From NCBI GenBank assembly GCA_038087875.1, contig CM076001.1, positions 870,001 through 934,000 of the forward strand: a DNA stretch of 64,000 bases, given 5' to 3'. Below the pieces are notes generated by a model. That model was not told the origin of the DNA. It saw only the letters and a list, made by a program, of their open reading frames with translations, and ran no database searches. The stretch's first letter is position 1. The number at the start of each line of letters is the position of its first letter. The translations under genes were made by a program, and so were the position numbers. This DNA comes from Malacoraja senta. Its lineage: Eukaryota. This document shows, piece by piece, positions 1 through 10,735 of the stretch.

Positions 1-711
1 TGATCGAGGGTATATGAACGACATGGCTTGTCCAACATAACCAGCTGAGTGTAACCGAGGGCTCCAATTCCGGGGATGGTGGCTTCTGAGAAAGTGCTAA
101 TGTTGGTTGTTCCAGAGAACTCAAGAGTATTTTGCAGAGAGGACATTGGTATTATTTTGTCCATTGTCCTGAGATGCCTTCTACTTGTAGGCCAGGTCAC
201 AGAAGCAAGTTGGAGATAGAGTTTACTGCTGCCTAGTGGACCTTTGTGTTTTGTGCTTGCTCTGAGATCTTGATTTTCCACTTTTCCTCAATCATCCAAA
301 GGCCACAATGAAACTGTGATGGTAAAATGGATGGCGTTAAGCATGGAGGTTCGAGCCCACATAACAGGATTTCTGTCTTGTCACTTAACTGTTGATTTGT
401 CAATCAATTTTAAAAATATATGAATATAAATCTTTAGTAACGCAGGTTTCAGGAGTGGGCCCTTTGGCTACAACCTGCACTGTATTTAACTTCATCATGG
501 TCACTCTGTACCAACTCCATTTAGCTACCATTATCAAGACTGAATCAATCTAATTTAACAATTTTGATCAAAGATAGACACAAAATGCTGGAGTAACTCA
601 GCGGGTCAGACAGCATCTCTGGAGAAAAAGAATAGGTGACGTTTCAGGTCAAGACCCTTCTTCAGCAGGGAAAAGGGAAACGAGAGATATAGATGGTGAT
701 ATAGAGAGATA

Positions 712-1271
712 TGGAGCGGAGTGGGCGGCGCCGACTTCAACATCGGGAGCCTGGGAGCTCCAAACCGGCGTGGCCTTGTCGGCTTCGGAAGCCGCGGACT
801 CCGGTAAGGAAGCGGCCGTTCCAGGTGGCCCAGCCGCTGAGAGGACTCTCCCGATGCCGGGGCAACAGCACCCGGCGAGAACGGCCAGGAACATCGGGCC
901 TCCGTAGAGGCAATAGCGGAGGCCTCAATAGGCCTGACTTTGGGAGAACTGGGGATGGGGACTGGACATTGTGCCTTCCCCCACAGTGGTAACCATCCTG
1001 TGGGGGGATGATTTTTGTGTGTTAGTTGTTATTTTAGTCTGTGTCCAAGATGGCTGCCAGAAGGGAGAGTGTACGCTGGCGCATTCACATTGTGTTTCTG
1101 ATTTTTTTGTTTTTGGATCGAATTCTGTCTTTAATTTGTGTATTGGTGATGTCTTTACTATTTATTTTTCTCCGATTATATGTTTTTTTACTTGTTAAAT
1201 TCTGTAAGGTGTCCTTGAGACTCTTGAAAGGCGCCCATAAATAAAATGTATTATTATTATTATTATTATTA
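712..1271 (+). mobile_element. Non-autonomous retroposon with GC-rich core and (TAT)n tail, nested in the PLE
   Basis: Splits the PLE sequence GATATAGAGAGATAT|AGAACAAATG; ends AATAAAATG(TAT)n; core similar to 29616-30433. Confidence 0.7.
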
Positions 1272-1824
1272 TATAGAACAAATGAATGGAAGATATCCCA
1301 AAAAGTAACAACGATAAAGGAAACATGTCATTGTTAGCTCAGGGCAAGGTAAAAACGAGTCACAGACAATGAGACTCAACAAGACACATTTGTAGCTAGT
1401 ACGACTTGGGTGGGGGAGGGATGGAGAGAGAGGGGATGCAAGGGTTACTTGAAGTTAGAGAAATCAAGACTCATACAATGCTGGGTTGTAAGCTGCCAAA
1501 GTGAAATATGAGGTGCTGTTCTTCCAATTTGTGTTTGGTCACCTGTTCCTTTTCTCCAGAGTAACTCAGCGGGACAGGCAGCAGCTCTGGAGGGAAGGAA
1601 TGGGTGACCCTTTCGGGTCGAGACCCTTCTTCAGACTGGTCGGGGGAAAGGGAAACAAGAGATATAGACAATGATGTAGAGAGATAAAGAACAATGAATG
1701 AAAGATATGCAAAAAAAGTAACCATGATAAAGAAAACGGGCCATTGTTAGCTGTATGTTGGGTGAAAATGAGAAGCTGGTGTGATTTGGGTGGGGAAGGG
1801 ATGGAGAGAGAGGGAGTGCCGTGG

Positions 1825-2155
1825 TTACTTGAAGTTAGATAAATCAATATTCACACCATTGGGTTGTAAGCTGCCCAAGCGAAATATGAGATGTTGTTCC
1901 TCCAATTTGAGTTTAGCCTCACTCTGACAACGGAGGAGGCCTAGGACAGAAAGGTCAGTGTGGGAATGGAAAGGAGAATTAAAGTGTTTAGCAACCGGGA
2001 GATCAGGTCGGTCCAGGTGGACAGAGCGAAGGTGTTCAGCGAAACGATCGTCCAAACTACATTTCGTCTCGCTGATGTATAAGAGTCCGCATCTTGAACA
2101 ACAGATACAGTAGATGAGGTTGGAGGAGGTGCAAGTGAACCTCTGCCTCACCTGA
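1825..2155 (-). pseudogene. Penelope GIY-YIG endonuclease fragment
   Basis: QVRQRFTCTSSNLIYCICCSRCGLLYISETKCSLDDRFAEHL...VAKHFN...EEQHLIFRLGSLQPNG shows the NLIY/CxxC/YI(G)ET pattern. RT part absent. Confidence 0.88.
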
Positions 2156-2409
2156 TGAAAGGCAATGGTTACTCCTGAGATGGCTCCTGACTCCTGTGTG
2201 TAACTGATATTTAGATGCGCTGCAGGTGAATGATGAGAACCAGACCAATACAATAAATATTATTGAGCAGATCATCAGACCTCTCATTCAATGCTTTTGC
2301 TGCATGCTGCTCTTCATCTTCATTTTTGTCTTCATCCCTCGCCTGATCAGATTCTGTTCTCAAGTATCTGAAATAAAAGCAGGACAAAGGTTTGGCTCTG
2401 AACAGCAGG

Positions 2410-2660
2410 AATAGAACAAAGAACAAACCAAAATACAGCACAGGCACAGACCCTTCAGCCCACTGTACCTGTGCCAACTATGCTGCAATCTAACTACTTA
2501 TCTGCACACACATGGTCCATTAACATCTATTCTTTGCCTGTTCATTTGTCTGTCTAAATAGCTCTTAATTATTGTTAATCTATCTGTTTCTACCTCATCT
2601 CCTGGCAGTATATTCCAGTCAGCATTCTCTGTGCAAAAAAACTTGCCATCCAAATCCTGT
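2410..2660 (-). mobile_element. Degenerate CR1 3' fragment
   Basis: ATACAGCACAGGCACAGACCCTTCAGCCC tail; remnant of the CR1 ORF2 C-terminus (GKFFC...WNILP). Confidence 0.65.
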
Positions 2661-3208
2661 TTGTGACGGCCTGAACTAAATAACTCGAGTGCGCTGGTAC
2701 TTTTCCCATCCCGGTCTGAGCTAAAGTCCAATGAACTTGCAAACAAGTTACACTTATATAATTAGTAAGTCCATGCTTCCTTCTTCATCTGCAAAACAGT
2801 CAACTATATTGTTAAACTAGCTATCCTACCTGATACTGAAAACAAGGGTTATCTATATCTATCTATATATATTACTAATATCTCATCTTGTTTGGACGTC
2901 TGTCTGTCTGCGTGCGTACAATCTCAAGGAACTATGCCAAAACGGTACACAATAGCACAAAACTTACCTTACTCACCATTGACCTGTAGTTGTCCTGTGG
3001 TTGTTTGTATCAAGTTTCGTTCAGATTGATGTTATATTTCACATGTTATCATATTTGTAAGTTTACTAAATCCAATTTGATAATCACTTCAACACTTCAG
3101 TGCTGGCAGTTGCAGCTATGACATCACAATGGGATCTCACAGTTGTGAGATGTCGGGTCTCACAGGAGACCTGACATTTGCAACAATGTTGCCATCATAG
3201 AACACTTA

Positions 3209-3798
3209 AAGGCCTGTCTCACGAGTCTGCGGTCATTGGCGGCGAAACAGGAACTATCTACCGCTCCTGGGCCGCCAGAGACCGCGAGCTCGGTCAAACG
3301 CACAGTGCCGGGGCCGAGCGGCGTTGTTCCCAACGCCGCACGGCCATTTTTTAACATGGTGTTAAAAAAAACCCAACATTGTCCAAAAATATGTTCCTAC
3401 CGCACATCCGCCGCCAGTGAGGCACGAGTGCGGCACGGTCACCGCCACAGCCGCCGCCAGTGCGGCACGAGCGCCGTGAGTCGAACCTGCACCGCCACAG
3501 CCTCCGCCAGTGAGGCACGTGTGCGGCACGGCCGCCGCCACAGCCTCCGCCAGTGAGGCACGTGTGCGGCACGGCCGCCGCCACAGCCGCCGCCAGTGAG
3601 GTACGTGTGCGGCACGGCCGCCGCCACAGCCCCGCGATCCGAAAGACGTCATCAGCCGAAACCACAAGCTCGTGGAACTGGCCGTACTTGGCCCCCCGCG
3701 CAGCATCCGTGCGGCGCTCTCGTGGTTGCCGTGCGGTCCCCTCTTCTGGCGACGCCACACTTCACCGCCAACGACCGCAAACCCGTGGGACAGAGCCA
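3209..3798. mobile_element. PIF/Harbinger-type MITE nested in the Helitron-like unit
   Basis: Imperfect ~35-bp TIRs (GGCCTGTCTCACGAGTCTGCGGTCATTGGCGG ... CCGCCAACGACCGCAAACCCGTGGGACAGAGCC); TTA on both sides (3206-3208, 3799-3801). Confidence 0.75.
3409..3631. repeat. 43-bp CpG-rich minisatellite inside the MITE
   Basis: Unit GTGCGGCACGGCCGCCGCCACAGCCTCCGCCAGTGAGGCACGT starts at 3521, 3564 and 3607, with degenerate copies upstream. Confidence 0.9.
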
Positions 3799-4744
3799 TT
3801 AGTCGTGGTCCTGCCAGCAAGTGATTGAAGAGGGGGAGGGGCCAGGGGAAGTGGAATTGGAATTGGAAGTGCTGGGGGAGGCAGGGGAAGCGCAATTGGA
3901 TTTTATTTTAAGTCCAGTGCTGGGGAAGGCAGCGGAGTGGTGGAATTTTACTTGGGGAACGGGTTGCGTTGGGGGAACGGGTGAGTGGTGGAAACGGGTT
4001 GCGTTGGGGGAACGGGTGAGTGGTGGATTATTGCGTTGGGGAAACGGGGCCCAACAGGTCCCACTTGGTCTCATCTTGTTTGTTTGCAGGTTTGTGTTGT
4101 ACCTCTATTTGTGCAAAAATGGTACGCAATTGTGCTACAATTTTGCCCCACCTTACCATTGTCCTGTGCTGTAAATGAAACAAGTTTGTTCAGATTGATG
4201 GTATATTTTAAAGGTTATTAATGTTTTAAAAAAATTATCTTAAAACAGCGCCCCACCTGCGCATGCACAGTTGGGGGAATATTCCCGTGAGTGTCTTTAC
4301 TGGTGCCAAAAAGGGCACCCAACAGGTCCTCAGCCGTGCCTGCGCAGTTGGGGTCTTTCCAGAACTCAGATCGGCATCTTTTTTTCACAACGGCGACACG
4401 AGTAAGATTGCTTCCATTTAAATTTCTGCCACCCCGGGCCCGCGGGGATCCGCCACCTTGGCGCTGATGCCGAGGCTGGGGCTACGTCTGCAGATGGTGG
4501 CGGTGGCCAGGTCTGGGGGCGGGAAGAGGCCGGGCAGGGAGAGGCCTGCGCCAATGATCCGGGGCCTGGGCGCTGATGCTGGCTCTGAGGCCGACAGCTG
4601 CTGCTGCTGCTGCTCTGGGACCGTGTGGTGGGCTCCGGGGGTGGGGAGAGGCCGTGCGCCGATCCGAGTCCTGGGCGCTGAGTCTGGCTCTGAGACCAAC
4701 AGCTGCTGCTGCTCCGGGCACGCAAGGAAGTAGAGGAGCGACAA

Positions 4745-5150
4745 ACTCGGGGTAGGGAGGGAGAAGGGTGAAAGTGGGGGAGGTGAGGAGGGAGAGCGGG
4801 GGAGATGGGGGCATAGAGGGAGGGGAGGAATGGGGGAGGTAGGGAGTGGGGAATAGAGGGAGATAAGGACAGTGGGGGAGGTCAGGAGGGATAGTGGGGA
4901 GGGATGGGGAGGTGAGGAGTGGGGGAGGTGGGGGATAGATGGATAGGAGGGGGATAGGGTGGGGAGAGGAGTTATGGAGGGAGGGAGGGAGGGAGGGAGG
5001 GAGGTAGAGAGGTAGGGAGGGAGTGACTGGGGGTAGGGGAAAGGAGAGGGAGGGAGAGGTGAGGGAGCGGTTGGGGAGGGGAGGAGGAGAGGGGGAAGAA
5101 GAGGGAGGATGAAGAGGAGGGGCAGGGAGTGCTGGGGATGAGGGGAAATG
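4745..5150 (+). repeat. G/A polypurine low-complexity tract
   Basis: About 400 bp of almost only G and A with many GGG runs. Confidence 0.9.
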
Positions 5151-5947
5151 AGCCACGCCTACGCTGTTGGGGGCTATGGGTGAGTGGTGGAATAATGCGT
5201 TGGAGGACCGAGTTGCGTTTGGGGAATGGGTGAGTGATGGGATATTGCATTGGGGAATGGGTTGCGTTGGGGGACCAGGCCTCCCGTGTGACAGGGACTC
5301 AACGGCTCCCTCTTAGTCTAGTTCATTATATTAGGCACATAGCTAGTCTCAGTTGGCTCTGGGAAGAAAAAGTTTATCTTATCTTATTCCTAGAAGTTCT
5401 TGCAGTTGTTGTTCAATGGGGACAGTGAATATTTTTTTTGCATACAGATCATTAAGATTATTGCCATACGTAAGTACAATCCCTGATTAAGTACAGAATG
5501 CATTGAAGCAGCTCACTGAGTCCATATGCGTTCTGGACTGTTTTCAAAGTCCCAGCTCCAGCTGGCCATAAAGACCCATTGCAGCCATGGTTTTCATCCG
5601 GATCATCCTGGGAACTGTTGTCCCTCTCCCCGCCAGCCTCCTCAAGCCTTTGTGCCCCGGGGCATCTCCGCAGCCGACCTTGAGGATGCAGAAGGTAAGA
5701 TAGTTTCTTCTTACCTGCCCATTGTTCTAGCGATTGCTGCCATCCCTCCACCCTCTCTCTGTGGTTCCTGGTCCTCAGGGGTTAGAAGGAGCCGGGCTTT
5801 GCGAGTTCCCACTCCAGGCAGGTTCCCGGTTCTGTGGCGGGCGAGCCAGGCCTTCTACCGTGAGCTTCACAAGTCCAAGGCTCTGTGATTTACCATCTTC
5901 ACAACTGAGCCTGCATGTCAGCACATGAGGACTGTTAGAAGACAACA

Positions 5948-6258
5948 GGGCGGCATGGTGGCGCAGTGGTAGAGTTGCTGTCTTACAGTGCCAGAGACCC
6001 GGGTTCGATCCTGACTACAGGTGTTGGTCTGTACGAAGTTTGTATGTTCTCCCCGTGACCTGTCTGGATTTTCTCTGGGATCTCTGGTTTTCTCCCAAAC
6101 TCCAAAGATGTATAGGTTTAGAGGCTGATTGGCTTGGTATAATTGTAAATTGACCCTAGTGTGTGTAGGATTCGGTTAGTGTGTGGAGATCGCTGGTCAG
6201 CATGGACTCAGTGGGCTGAAGGGCCTGTTTCTGCGCTGTATCTGTATCTGTCTAAACT
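5948..6258 (+). mobile_element. tRNA-derived SINE (HE1/V-SINE-like)
   Basis: A box TGGCGCAGTGG, B box GGTTCGATCC, central GGTTTTCTCCCAAACTCCAAAGA domain, CR1-like tail GAAGGGCCTGTTTCTGCGCTGTATCT. Confidence 0.88.
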
Positions 6259-6599
6259 CCATTTTAGCTGAAAAGCCTGTATTAATCCTTACATTACGCC
6301 AGGCTTTTCCAGGGTAGCTACTGTGGTCTGGGATTGTGGGGGTGGGAAGTGGTGGATTGCCATTCCCTGAATCCCTAGTTCTATCTGAAATTCTGGGATG
6401 TCAGTTGGTGGAGAGGGGTAAGCTCATTTGGTGAATATTGCCCATAAGACTGTTTCCATAACATATCAGAGGTATATAAGTGTCTTGGGCAAACCATTAA
6501 ATAAGGGAGAAACTGCCCCTCATTTTTTTTAATTTAAATATATTTTAATCTCACCCTAGGCTCTACACACCCCCACCTACACCACCATCCTGCACCCCA

Positions 6600-6692
6600 C
6601 CTGAAGAAGGCTCTTGACCCAAAACATCATCTATTCATGTTCTCCAGATATGCTGCCTGACCTGTTGAGTTACTCCAGCACTTTGTGTCCTC
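6600..6692 (+). mobile_element. PLE terminal repeat with degenerate hammerhead motif
   Basis: CTGAAGAAGGCTCTTGACCCAAAACATC...GAGTTACTCCAGCACTTTGTGTC. Confidence 0.75.
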
Positions 6693-8162
6693 CTGTGAAT
6701 TTGCAGATTTACTGAAAAATAAATTGCCAGGAAATGCTGGTATATATTTCATAATCAAAATAGATTCCACCAGCTAAGAAATAGATCCTGAGCCTGATGA
6801 TAGGGCAGTAATCTAATCAAAGGGGTTCAAATGATATCAAAAACCATAGACTGAACTCGTCATGAGATTACAAGCTTCAAATCATTTCCAGAGACCTACT
6901 TATTTTTCTTCTGTACACGATTAGTTGATCGGAGGGATTGCTTCGTTCAGTTTCTGATGGTCATGAATGCCAAGGCAGTTTCAATGAGTGATGCAGCTTC
7001 AAGTTATGCTTGATGACATACTGAAGGAGCAATCATGTGTTGAAACATTTTTATATTTATCAGATAATAATAATTCAGTTATAGCTATTCAGGTAATGAT
7101 GGATAAAATGGTTCAATGTTCTACCGTACCCCCATCAGATGGCAATCACTTCAACGAAAACATTGCAATGCAGAACCAAGTGGAGAGAGTAAGACAATGT
7201 GCTATTATCAAGTAACATTTAGCTTTCAAATAGTTCAACGGTCCAAAAGTGAATTCAAAACCCAGTCACAGCCAAACTTCATGTGGTGTTCATAATTTAC
7301 ATTTTTATCAGTGGATATGTGTTTTATACAATGGGGTGGATAACAGTCATTTCCTTATGTGATTATTAGATTAACAAAAATCTCCAAGGTGACAGATAAG
7401 GAAAATGATTTAACTTTGCCTTTCATTCAAAGCTTATTTGCATTGATAAGATTACCTTTCATTTATAAGTAATAAATGCAATGTTAAAGGGCTAGAGGGT
7501 GATAACACAATGTCAGTCTGTGCAGAGAAATTTGCTTAACTTTCCACAGTCAAAACTGGATACGTTTCAGACCCTCAGCAAAAAACTTTTCATTAATGGC
7601 TGCAACAATAATAAACAATCTTCAAATATTGGAGATCTAACAAATTTAACTAATTTAATTTTAATTTAATTGCAACAAATTTAAATTTAAAGTCCATTTT
7701 ACACTGGAGAAACAGATTAGGAGGCTATTTGGCCCATCACATAGGCTCCCTGTCCTATCTCCATATCCCTGCAACTTTGTTGTTCATTTTGCCTCCTGCT
7801 CTTTTGACAATCTGTATCCTTTGGCAATTAATTCCTCAGCCATTGGGCTCAGCTTCTCCTTACTGATTCTCTTTTGTGAACTTGAACAATGATCAAACTT
7901 TTTCTTGACCTTCATTGAAATACAGGTAACATATTCCTTTGACACCCTGGTCTAAATCCTGAAACTGCCTTTACAACAGCATTGGATTTCAATTGTTCAA
8001 GAAAATGGCTCTGTATAACCATATCAAGATCTGTTTTTTGACACAACGTTGTGGACATCGATCTCTCTACCTTAATGTCTGATCGAGGTTAACGGGGTCA
8101 GCAATAAATCCCACCTACCAACCACTCCACAGCGCTAACATACTTATCACAGTATCAAAACA

Positions 8163-8615
8163 ATGGTGGCACAGTGTGCAGCGGTAGAGCTGCTGCCTCA
8201 CAGCACCAGAGACCAGGGTTTAATCCTGACCTTGGGTGCTATCTGTGAGGAATTTGTATGTTCTCCCTGCGATTGCGTGGGTTTTCTCTGGGTGCTCCGG
8301 TTTCCTCCCACATCCAAAAGACGTGCGGGTTTGTGGGTTAATTCGCTTCTGTAAGTTGCCCCTAGTGTATAGGATGTGAAAGTGGGATAAGATAGAACTA
8401 GTGTGAATGGATGATCGATGGTCAGTGTGGACTTGGTGGGCCAAAGGGCCTGTTTTCATGCTGTGTAGGAAAGAACTGCAGGTGCTGGTTTAAATTGAGG
8501 GTTGACGCAAAATGCCGGAGGAACTCAGCGGGACAGATGGAGAGAAGGAATGGGTGACGTTTCGGGTCGAGACCCTCTAGTTGTTTCCATGCTGTATCTC
8601 TAAACTAAAGTAAAA
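8163..8615 (+). mobile_element. HE1-like SINE with a PLE terminal fragment (8465-8581) inserted in its tail
   Basis: A/B boxes and V-domain present; insertion flanked by a 14-bp near-duplication TGTTT(T/C)CATGCTGT (8451-8464, 8582-8595). Confidence 0.85.
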
Positions 8616-8834
8616 CTTACAAACCTGTCACCTCCATCATTTGGTCATGGCATATTATGTAGATACACTGCAACATATTTACCAGCACTCTTCCATCTCT
8701 ATTGCAGAAGAAGGTGACATAACCCACCACCATCACCCACCAACTCTACTGTGCAGTGTTTAGAGGAAAAGGTAATATTGATCAAATGCTCCCAGTCACA
8801 TGCTGAAGGTCAGCGCATGATCCAAAATCACTGA

Positions 8835-9052
8835 AGGGCCTGTCCCACTTGGGCGTTATTTGCGCGTCATTTACGCGACATCATTTACACGTCACGACGC
8901 ATGTGTCGTGACGTGTGCATGGCGCTTGGTGAGACGTAATGACGTAGGCAGTGATGCGCGGTAGCGCGCGGCGCACCAGGATTTTGGGATTCTCGAAATC
9001 CTCGCGCGCCACCTGCGTGACGCGCAAATGACACCCAAGTTGTACAGGCCCT
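8835..9052. mobile_element. PIF/Harbinger-type MITE
   Basis: TIRs AGGGCCTGTCCCACTTGGG / CCCAAGTTGTACAGGCCCT; 3-bp TSD TGA (8832-8834, 9053-9055). Confidence 0.85.
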
Positions 9053-9406
9053 TGAGAATGACAATAGTCATGCACCTCATTGTCATATCCAGCTCCTTGT
9101 CAGAACAAAATGCAAATGGTTTAGACATGCATCTCCAGTTACCAGTTACCAGTTTAGTTTATTGTCCGAGGTACAGTGAAAAGCCTTTGTTGCATGCTAA
9201 CCGCTCTCATCTGCCTCTCTGCTCAACATCACCATAGCCCTGTCACTTCATCATTTTAGAGGCACAATATCGATGATAGATGGTGGTTTACAAGTGGGAT
9301 TTGCATTCTGAAACATGAGGCACAAGTGGAATTCAGCCTATTTAGTGGGAAAAAGTAGATATTGTGTGAGCTCGCAGGAAGATGAGGACTAACAATCTGA
9401 TACTCT

Positions 9407-10035
9407 TTTTTTTTTTTTAATTTTATTTATTAGAAGTACATTACATTACAACCGCATACATTAGTACTCTTCATTTATATCTTCTTACAATTAATGTTGA
9501 AAGAAAGAAGAAAGTGAAGGAAAAAGTGAAAGTGTAGAAAATGTGACAACAAAAAAGGACAAAGACCCTATAAGAGCAAAATTAAAAACAAAAGAAAAAG
9601 AGTTAAGAAATAGGCCCTAGAAAAGAAAGAGAAAGAGAAAGAGGAAAAAGAGAGAAACAAATATTTTTTTTAGCATTACGTAAATGGGACATACCAACTC
9701 TTCAACTATCATCCCCCCTTACCTGACCTCAATTTTTTTTATTTTTTATAAAGTACTTTTGCACCCTATTTTTGTAATAATTCTATAAATGCAGACCACG
9801 TCAGGTGGAAATGATCTGGTTTACCTGCTAGGAGGAGTCTTATCTCTTCAAGGTGTAATGTTTCAAGCATATTTGAAATCCACATATTTATAGTTGGTAT
9901 TGGAGCCTTCTTCCAAAATTTTAGAATTAGCTTTTTTCCAGTTATTAACCCATAGTCCGTTAGTTTCTTTTGAAACACATTTAGTTCTGGACCATCTTCC
10001 GTTATTCCGAAGATAATCCATTCTGCTTTGGGTAG
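9407..10035 (-). mobile_element. 5'-truncated L1-clade LINE
   Basis: Poly(T) at the left end; ORF2 C-terminus (KKLILKFWK...MWISNMLETLHLEEIR); 14-bp TSD CAATCTGATACTCT (9393-9406, 10036-10049). Confidence 0.9.
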
Positions 10036-10051
10036 CAATCTGATACTCTAA

Positions 10052-10232
10052 AGGGCCTGTCCCATTGGGCGTCATTTGCGCGACATTATTTACGCGTCAC
10101 GTGATGCACGCATGGTGCGCATTACGCGCGCATGGTGCATGGTGACGTAGGCGCCCCAGGATTTTGGGATGTACAAAATCTTCGCGCGCTATCTGCGTGA
10201 CGCGCAAATGACGCCCAAGTGGGACAGGCCTT
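10052..10232. mobile_element. PIF/Harbinger-type MITE (same family as 8835-9052)
   Basis: AGGGCCTGTCCCA ... AAGTGGGACAGGCCTT; TSD TAA (10049-10051, 10233-10235). Confidence 0.85.
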
Positions 10233-10398
10233 TAAGGACAACAAGTCTTGAGAATGAATGTGGAACTGTTTGAGACATTGTCCAGGATGCCCAAAAGTCT
10301 GTTTGCAATGTCAATAAACAAGGTTTATTGGAAGTAGTAGTCAGATCTACCTCAACACTCATAGTGTCAACCATGGTGAGGTTACTGATGGCTGAGGT

Positions 10399-10460
10399 TT
10401 CGTTTGAACTTCATTTGAGGTCCAAATGATAATAAACGGTATTGTATTGTATTGTATTGT
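10399..10460 (+). mobile_element. 62-bp LINE 3' tail insertion with (TATTG)n
   Basis: AATAAA followed by (TATTG)n; flanked by the 26-bp direct repeat ATGGTGAGGTTACTGATGGCTGAGGT (10373-10398, 10461-10486). Confidence 0.8.
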
Positions 10461-10569
10461 ATGGTGAGGTTACTGATGGCTGAGGTCACAGTTCCTGTTG
10501 TAAAATGGACAGTCCACCAATTATCCAAGTGATGTTGGGAAAGCCCCAACTTCTGCCATGTAAAATGTG

Positions 10570-10735
10570 TTGGAAGGAATTGCAGATACTGCTTTATAAT
10601 GAAGATAAACACAAAATGCTGAAGTAACTCTGCAGGCCAGGCAGCATCTATGGAGAAAGTGGATAAGTGACATTTTAGGTTGTCAGAGATGCTGCCTGAC
10701 CCACTGAGTTACTCCAGCATTTTGTGTCTATCTTT
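10570..10735. mobile_element. Inverted (hairpin) PLE terminal-repeat remnant
   Basis: AGATAAACACAAAATGCTGAAGTAACTC ... GAGTTACTCCAGCATTTTGTGTCTATCT. Confidence 0.75.

Larger units (their letters stand above)
575..2155 (-). mobile_element. Penelope-like retroelement remnant: GIY-YIG C-terminus plus two tandem pseudo-LTR/3' segments (about 575-1535, interrupted at 712-1271, and 1560-2155)
   Basis: The endonuclease C-terminus KLEEQHLIF.LGSLQP occurs twice (ORFs 1471-1725 and 1825-2253), each followed by the same 3' segment ending in the hammerhead-like motif. Partial tandem structure is typical of PLEs. Confidence 0.88.
2852..5321 (+). mobile_element. Non-autonomous Helitron-like composite (two units head-to-tail, about 2852-4071 and 4069-5321)
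   Basis: Starts A|TCTATATC; ends with GC-rich hairpin GGGACTCAACGGCTCCC then CTAG|T (5318-5321); AT target and no TSD. The 5' block recurs at 4069 and 26899. Confidence 0.75.

Noticed and set aside
3236..3895. Overlapping repetitive ORFs; CRISPR-like periodicity
   Set aside because: Produced by a 43-bp GC-rich minisatellite lacking stops; contiguous units without unique spacers, and no cas genes in eukaryotic DNA.
4482..5156. 224-aa Pro/Ser-rich ORF (and similar ORFs at 27358-27919)
   Set aside because: Translation of the C-rich strand of a low-complexity tract; no domain.
5458..5928. GC-richer segment with ORFs and GTAAGA donor-like sites on both strands
   Set aside because: No recognisable protein or consistent exon boundaries; probably an old repeat.
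5948..6020. tRNA-like A/B boxes
   Set aside because: SINE head continuing into the V-domain and LINE tail; no proper cloverleaf.
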